This document shows, in pieces, positions 7,707 to 11,509 of a stretch of DNA of 11,509 nucleotides. The notes below the pieces were generated by a model, which made no database searches, was not told where the DNA came from, and worked only from the letters and a program-made list of their open reading frames with translations. A program made the position numbers and the translations under genes. The first letter of the stretch is position 1. The number at the start of each line of letters is the position of its first letter. This DNA is from PVC group bacterium (GTDB lineage: Bacteria > GCA-001730085 > JADFSZ01). Location: assembly GCA_022560555.1 (NCBI GenBank), contig JADFSZ010000038.1:1-11509 (forward strand). Reading direction: 5' to 3'.

Positions 7707-8959
7707 AGCCATCAATTCTTATTGTCGAAGACGAAAAAAACACCCGTGAAGGCTTAAAAACCGGCCTAGGGTCCCGGTATGATGTGCAGTTAGCCGAAGA
7801 CGCTAATGTCGCGCTTCAGAAACTCTCCAAAGATAATATTGATTTGGTTTTAACGGATTTGCGGATGCCGGGGATGGACGGACTTGAGCTTCTGAATAAA
7901 ATTCATGAGCGTTCCCCTGATCTTCCGGTTATTCTTTTAACAGCATATGGTTCGATTGAAACCGCGGTAGATGCCATGAAACAAGGTGCCTATGATTATG
8001 TTTCAAAACCGGTCAATCTAGATGAACTTGAATTGTTGATAGAAAGAGCGCTTTGTCAGCTGAATTTGGCAAAGGAGAACGCCTACCTTAAAAGCCAAAT
8101 CAAGCCGGGTGTAAAGTTCGCGGATATGATAGGGACCTCTCCTTTAATGCATGAAGTGTTTGAGAAAATACAGCAAGTGGCTTCCTCCAAAATTTCCATT
8201 TTGATAGAGGGGAAAAGCGGGACAGGCAAAGAGCTGGTTGCGCGGGCGATCCATACTTGCGGTTGTCGTAAGGATAATCCGTTTATTGCTGTCAATTGCG
8301 CCGCGCTTTCGGAGAGTTTGCTTGAGAGCGAGATATTTGGGCATGAAAAGGGTTCTTTTACGGGTGCTGTGGATCAAAAAAAGGGGCGTTTTGAACTTGC
8401 GGACGGAGGAACTATATTTTTAGATGAAATCACAGAGATAGATCCGAGAATTCAGGTTAAATTATTGAGGATTTTAGAAGAAAGTACGTTTGAGCGTGTG
8501 GGGGGAGTGAAAACACTTCACGTTGATGTTCGTGTGATTTGCGCGACGAATGTTGAGCTCAAGAAGGCTGTTGATCACGGACAATTTAGAGAGGATTTGT
8601 ATTATCGGATTCATGGTATGAAAATACTGCTTCCCGATCTGAAAGATCGCAGAGAGGATATCCCTATTTTAGCTCACCTGTTTCTTGAAGAATATTCAAA
8701 AACTCGATCCCGTAGGGAATTAGTGTTTTCCAAGGAGGTGGCGGAAGTCTTCCTAAAATACTCATGGCCGGGCAATGTGCGGGAATTACGTAATTGCGTT
8801 GAAAGCATGGTTCTTCTAACAAAGACAAATGAGATTAAGATGCATTGTCTTCCGGAGCACATTCGTGATGCTTTGGATTTGGATGAACAGCAGGCGACTG
8901 ATTTTCCATCGACATATAATTTGGGAAAAATCGAGAAGCATATGATCGAAAGGCCCTGA
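7703..8959 (+). CDS. Sigma-54-dependent (NtrC/Fis-family) response regulator, truncated before its DNA-binding HTH by an apparent 1-nt frame change
   Basis: The receiver domain reads ILIVEDE ... LVLTDLRMPGMDG, with the phospho-acceptor Asp codon at 7856-7858. The AAA+ sigma-54 interaction domain has Walker A GKSGTGKE (8210-8233), GSFTGA (8351-8368), GGTIFLDEI, RVICATN, FREDLYYRI and WPGNVRELRN. The ATG at 7703 forms an ATGA overlap with the pgpA stop, so I prefer it over the TTG at 7691. The ORF ends ...KIEKHMIERP* at exactly the point where the Fis-type HTH should begin. Confidence 0.9.
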   Translation: MKPSILIVEDEKNTREGLKTGLGSRYDVQLAEDANVALQKLSKDNIDLVLTDLRMPGMDGLELLNKIHERSPDLPVILLTAYGSIETAVDAMKQGAYDYVSKPVNLDELELLIERALCQLNLAKENAYLKSQIKPGVKFADMIGTSPLMHEVFEKIQQVASSKISILIEGKSGTGKELVARAIHTCGCRKDNPFIAVNCAALSESLLESEIFGHEKGSFTGAVDQKKGRFELADGGTIFLDEITEIDPRIQVKLLRILEESTFERVGGVKTLHVDVRVICATNVELKKAVDHGQFREDLYYRIHGMKILLPDLKDRREDIPILAHLFLEEYSKTRSRRELVFSKEVAEVFLKYSWPGNVRELRNCVESMVLLTKTNEIKMHCLPEHIRDALDLDEQQATDFPSTYNLGKIEKHMIERP

Positions 8960-9054
8960 ACGAAACCAAAAACAACCGTACGAAGGCGGCCAAGCTTTTG
9001 GGCCTGAGTCGGCGCACTTTACATCGCAAGCTGCATGAATATGGGATAAGCTAA
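8950..9054 (+). pseudogene. Out-of-frame (-1) segment encoding the intact Fis-type HTH of the upstream sigma-54 activator
   Basis: Reading from 8950 gives KALNETKNNRTKAAKLLGLSRRTLHRKLHEYGIS* with stop TAA at 9052-9054. This is the canonical enhancer-binding-protein C-terminal HTH. Joined to the upstream frame it would read ...EKHMIE-KALNETKNNRTKAAKLLGLSRRTLHRKL.... The segment has no start codon of its own. Confidence 0.85.
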
Positions 9055-9171
9055 TGAGAGAAAGTAGTAAATTATAAACGGGAATTGGTTAACAAAAAGA
9101 GAAAAAGAAGAAGCCAAGGAGCCAAAGGCAGGCGGTAAAATAAAAATAAGTACTTAAACGAACAGAAAAAC

Positions 9172-9735
9172 ATGAACTTTACGGATGAAGAGAAGAGAGA
9201 GATGCTGTCCATTGCCAGGAAAGCACTTGTTGCCTATGCTAAGGATCTCCGTCATGGGAAGACAAATCCGGAGCATAAACGATTGCAAGAAAAAAGAGCG
9301 GCTTTTGTAACAATAACAAAAGACGGGGCATTGAGGGGATGTATCGGGCATATTGAAGCACGACTTCCTTTGCACTTATGTGTAAGGGATATGGCGATTG
9401 CCGCCGGATTTAAAGATCTTCGATTTTCGAAAATTGAGTTAAACGAAATAGATAATATTGAGATTGAGATTTCGGTTTTGTCGTCACTTGTTCCTGTAAA
9501 GGGGCCTGAAGATATTATGATTGGCAGAGATGGCTTAAACATTATAAGGAAGCCGAGAAGCGGGCTTTTGCTTCCGCAGGTTTCAAAAAAATATCAATGG
9601 GATGCTAAGACGTTTTTAGAAGAAACATGTATCAAGGCCGGATTGAACGCAAATGACTGGAAAGAACCGGACACAAAAATATTCCGGTTTGAAGCGGACG
9701 TGTTTTCAGAAAAATCCTTGTTGAATAGCAAATGA
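9172..9735 (+). CDS. AMMECR1-domain protein (AmmeMemoRadiSam system protein A family)
   Basis: 187 aa with family hallmarks: AAFVTITKDGALRGCIGHIE, EISVLS and GLLLPQV. An in-frame TAA at 9136-9138 rules out a longer N-terminus. Confidence 0.85.
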   Translation: MNFTDEEKREMLSIARKALVAYAKDLRHGKTNPEHKRLQEKRAAFVTITKDGALRGCIGHIEARLPLHLCVRDMAIAAGFKDLRFSKIELNEIDNIEIEISVLSSLVPVKGPEDIMIGRDGLNIIRKPRSGLLLPQVSKKYQWDAKTFLEETCIKAGLNANDWKEPDTKIFRFEADVFSEKSLLNSK

Positions 9736-9748
9736 ACTATTAAAAATC

Positions 9749-9754
9749 GGAGGA
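9749..9754 (+). promoter_or_regulatory. Shine-Dalgarno GGAGGA for the heptose kinase gene
   Basis: GGAGGA at 9749-9754 lies 7 nt upstream of the TTG at 9762. It is the strongest SD in the window and supports the TTG start over the ATG at 9783. Confidence 0.7.
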
Positions 9755-9761
9755 TCAAATT

Positions 9762-10742
9762 TTGGATACTTACTTAAAAATCATGCGTAGAATCACTAAG
9801 GTGAAGGCGCTTGTCGTAGGTGACTTTATGCTTGATGAATATGTATGGGGGCAAGTAAGCCGTATTTCTCCCGAAGCCCCTGTTCCTGTCGTCAAAGTCC
9901 AGACAAAAACAAGCACACCCGGCGGGGCCGCGAATGTTGTGAACAATATTCGTTGTTTAGGAGCTAAAGTCTATGCGTGCGGAATTGTCGGTAGTGACAC
10001 GAACGGACGTGAGCTTGTTAAGCGGATGAAACATTCTCAAGTGGATACAAGCGGAATTATTAAAGATACAAGCCGGATTACCACAAAAAAAACGCGTATT
10101 ATGGCGCAAAAACATCAGATGCTCCGCATTGACAAAGAAGATTCAGCGCCCGTGAGTAAAAAGGTGTTTCAAAAAATGAAACAGGTTATTGCAAAAACGA
10201 TACGGAAAGTGGATTTTGTTATCATTGAAGATTACGGAAAAGGGGTTGTGACAAAAGAAATGGTGCTTTTTGTGAAGGGGGCGGCCCAAAAGGCAAAGAA
10301 ATTTGTGGCTGTTGATCCAAAGGAAAATCACTTTGAGTTTTATCGAGGAATAACATTGATCACCCCTAATGCCTATGAACTTGAGCAGGCGACTCGTATT
10401 GCAACAGCTGGTTCTAAGGGGGTGGAAGCGGCCGCAAAGCTTTTGCAGAAAAAGCTTAAGTGTCAACTGGTTCTTGTGACACAGGGTGAAAAGGGGATGA
10501 GCTTGTTTGGCAAGGGGCAGAAGCCATTGACCGTTCCTGCCATGGCCAGAGAGGTTTTTGATGTGTCAGGAGCCGGAGATACCGTAATTGCTGTTTTTTG
10601 TCTCGCTGTGGCTGCGGGGGCGGATGTGAAACGCGCGAGTCGTCTTGCAAATCTTGCGGCGGGCATTGTGGTTGGAAAGCTTGGTGTGGCCGTTGCCACC
10701 CGTCAGGAAATTCTTCATCGCCTGCATGAGATTGTTGAATGA
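9762..10742 (+). CDS. rfaE1: D-glycero-beta-D-manno-heptose-7-phosphate kinase (RfaE domain I / HldA, pfkB family), monofunctional
   Basis: The N-terminus VLVVGDFMLDEYVWGQVSRISPEAPVPVV is the RfaE/HldE domain-I signature. The pfkB C-terminal motif DVSGAGDTVIA is present (GAGDTV at 10569-10586). The protein ends at 326 aa with no adenylyltransferase domain. Confidence 0.87.
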   Translation: MDTYLKIMRRITKVKALVVGDFMLDEYVWGQVSRISPEAPVPVVKVQTKTSTPGGAANVVNNIRCLGAKVYACGIVGSDTNGRELVKRMKHSQVDTSGIIKDTSRITTKKTRIMAQKHQMLRIDKEDSAPVSKKVFQKMKQVIAKTIRKVDFVIIEDYGKGVVTKEMVLFVKGAAQKAKKFVAVDPKENHFEFYRGITLITPNAYELEQATRIATAGSKGVEAAAKLLQKKLKCQLVLVTQGEKGMSLFGKGQKPLTVPAMAREVFDVSGAGDTVIAVFCLAVAAGADVKRASRLANLAAGIVVGKLGVAVATRQEILHRLHEIVE

Positions 10743-11488
10743 TGACCGGCTTGATTGTGATTCCGGCCCGATTTGAGGCATCGCGCTTTTCCGGGAAGCT
10801 CCTTTCGGATCTTCACGGGAAGCCCGTTATTCAGCATGTTTATGAAAGAGCAAAATTGTGCAAGAACACACGTGTATTGATCGCGACCGACGATGAAAGG
10901 ATCCGAAAAGTGTCTCAATCGTTCGGAGCCGTTGTCAAGATGACAAGTTCAACTCATCAATCCGGAACCGAAAGAATCATTGAAGCGATCAAAGGAGAGA
11001 AAGAGGATCTGATTATTAATGTACAGGCCGATGAGCCTTTGATCCATCCGGGTGATCTTGATGATTTAATCCTGATGATGAAGGATAATCCTTCGGTTCT
11101 GATAGGGACGCTCGCGGTGCCCATTGCTAATAAAAAAGATTATGAAAATCCCCATATTGTTAAAGTTATTATGGATGAAGCCGATGTCGCTGTTTCGTTT
11201 TCAAGAAAACCCATTCCCGAAGACGCTTGGAATGATTACAAAAGTGAATTCGTGAAGCCTGTTTGGAAGCATGTCGGTGTGTATGCTTATCGAAGGGAGG
11301 TATTGGAGAAATGGAACACCATGCCTATAACAAAACTGGAAGAAGAAGAGAAACTTGAGCAGCTGCGAGCCTTGTCGTATGGTATCGAAATTAAAATCTT
11401 AAAAATTTCAAGAGATACAATCGGGATCGACACGCCGGAGGATTTAGATCTGGTGCGGGAATTTATAGCCAAGAAACAAAGAAGATGA
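10739..11488 (+). CDS. kdsB: 3-deoxy-manno-octulosonate cytidylyltransferase (CMP-KDO synthetase)
   Basis: 249 aa. It matches the KdsB pattern: VIPARFEASRFSGKLL...GKPVIQHVYERA, THQSGTERI, NVQADEPLI and GVYAYR. There is an ATGA overlap with the rfaE1 stop (10739-10742). Confidence 0.93.
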   Translation: MMTGLIVIPARFEASRFSGKLLSDLHGKPVIQHVYERAKLCKNTRVLIATDDERIRKVSQSFGAVVKMTSSTHQSGTERIIEAIKGEKEDLIINVQADEPLIHPGDLDDLILMMKDNPSVLIGTLAVPIANKKDYENPHIVKVIMDEADVAVSFSRKPIPEDAWNDYKSEFVKPVWKHVGVYAYRREVLEKWNTMPITKLEEEEKLEQLRALSYGIEIKILKISRDTIGIDTPEDLDLVREFIAKKQRR

Positions 11489-11509
11489 ACAGAAAATGAT
11501 AACAAAAGA

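Noticed and set aside
9054-9077. 7-codon mini-ORF (MRESSKL*) starting at the TAATG junction after the HTH-frame stop.
   Set aside because: It is far too short to support, has no SD, and is expected by chance in AT-rich spacer.
11496-11509. ATG ATA ACA AAA GA at the window edge, possibly the start of the next + strand gene.
   Set aside because: Only four complete codons are visible. That is not enough to identify or support a feature.
1-11509. Search for mobile elements, CRISPR repeats, tRNA/rRNA genes, toxin-antitoxin or defence-type modules.
   Set aside because: None was seen. Every ORF of meaningful length is accounted for by a housekeeping or envelope function on the + strand. The only repeat structure is the dut-uppP heptamer array.

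Overview
The window holds twelve co-directional (+ strand), tightly packed housekeeping and cell-envelope genes from a moderately AT-rich diderm-type bacterium. I cannot assign the lineage from sequence alone. In order they are: pnp (3' part), dut, uppP, ftsK, a RodZ-like DUF4115 membrane protein, rimO, pgsA, pgpA, a sigma-54-dependent NtrC-family response regulator, an AMMECR1-family protein, the monofunctional heptose-7-phosphate kinase (rfaE1/hldA) and kdsB. Several junctions are ATGA start/stop overlaps, so the genes are probably polycistronic. I found no tRNA, rRNA, CRISPR array, transposase, integrase or recognisable defence/toxin module, and I do not see a convincing novel multi-gene system. 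This reads as a core-genome region. Three things are odd. (1) The 127-nt dut-uppP intergenic region is built almost entirely from an AGAAAC/GTTTCT core. Same-orientation copies are spaced in multiples of 7 bp, and the region ends in five tandem heptamers that run straight into the uppP start codon. (2) The sigma-54 activator is cut off by a 1-nt frame change in an A-run exactly at the start of its Fis-type HTH. The HTH stays fully intact in the -1 frame. (3) That activator has no kinase gene in the window, is start/stop-coupled to pgsA-pgpA, and carries GSFTGA instead of GAFTGA. Lesser notes cover a RodZ-like protein without an HTH, a T-free purine tract with an unused Shine-Dalgarno sequence, and generally SD-poor starts.
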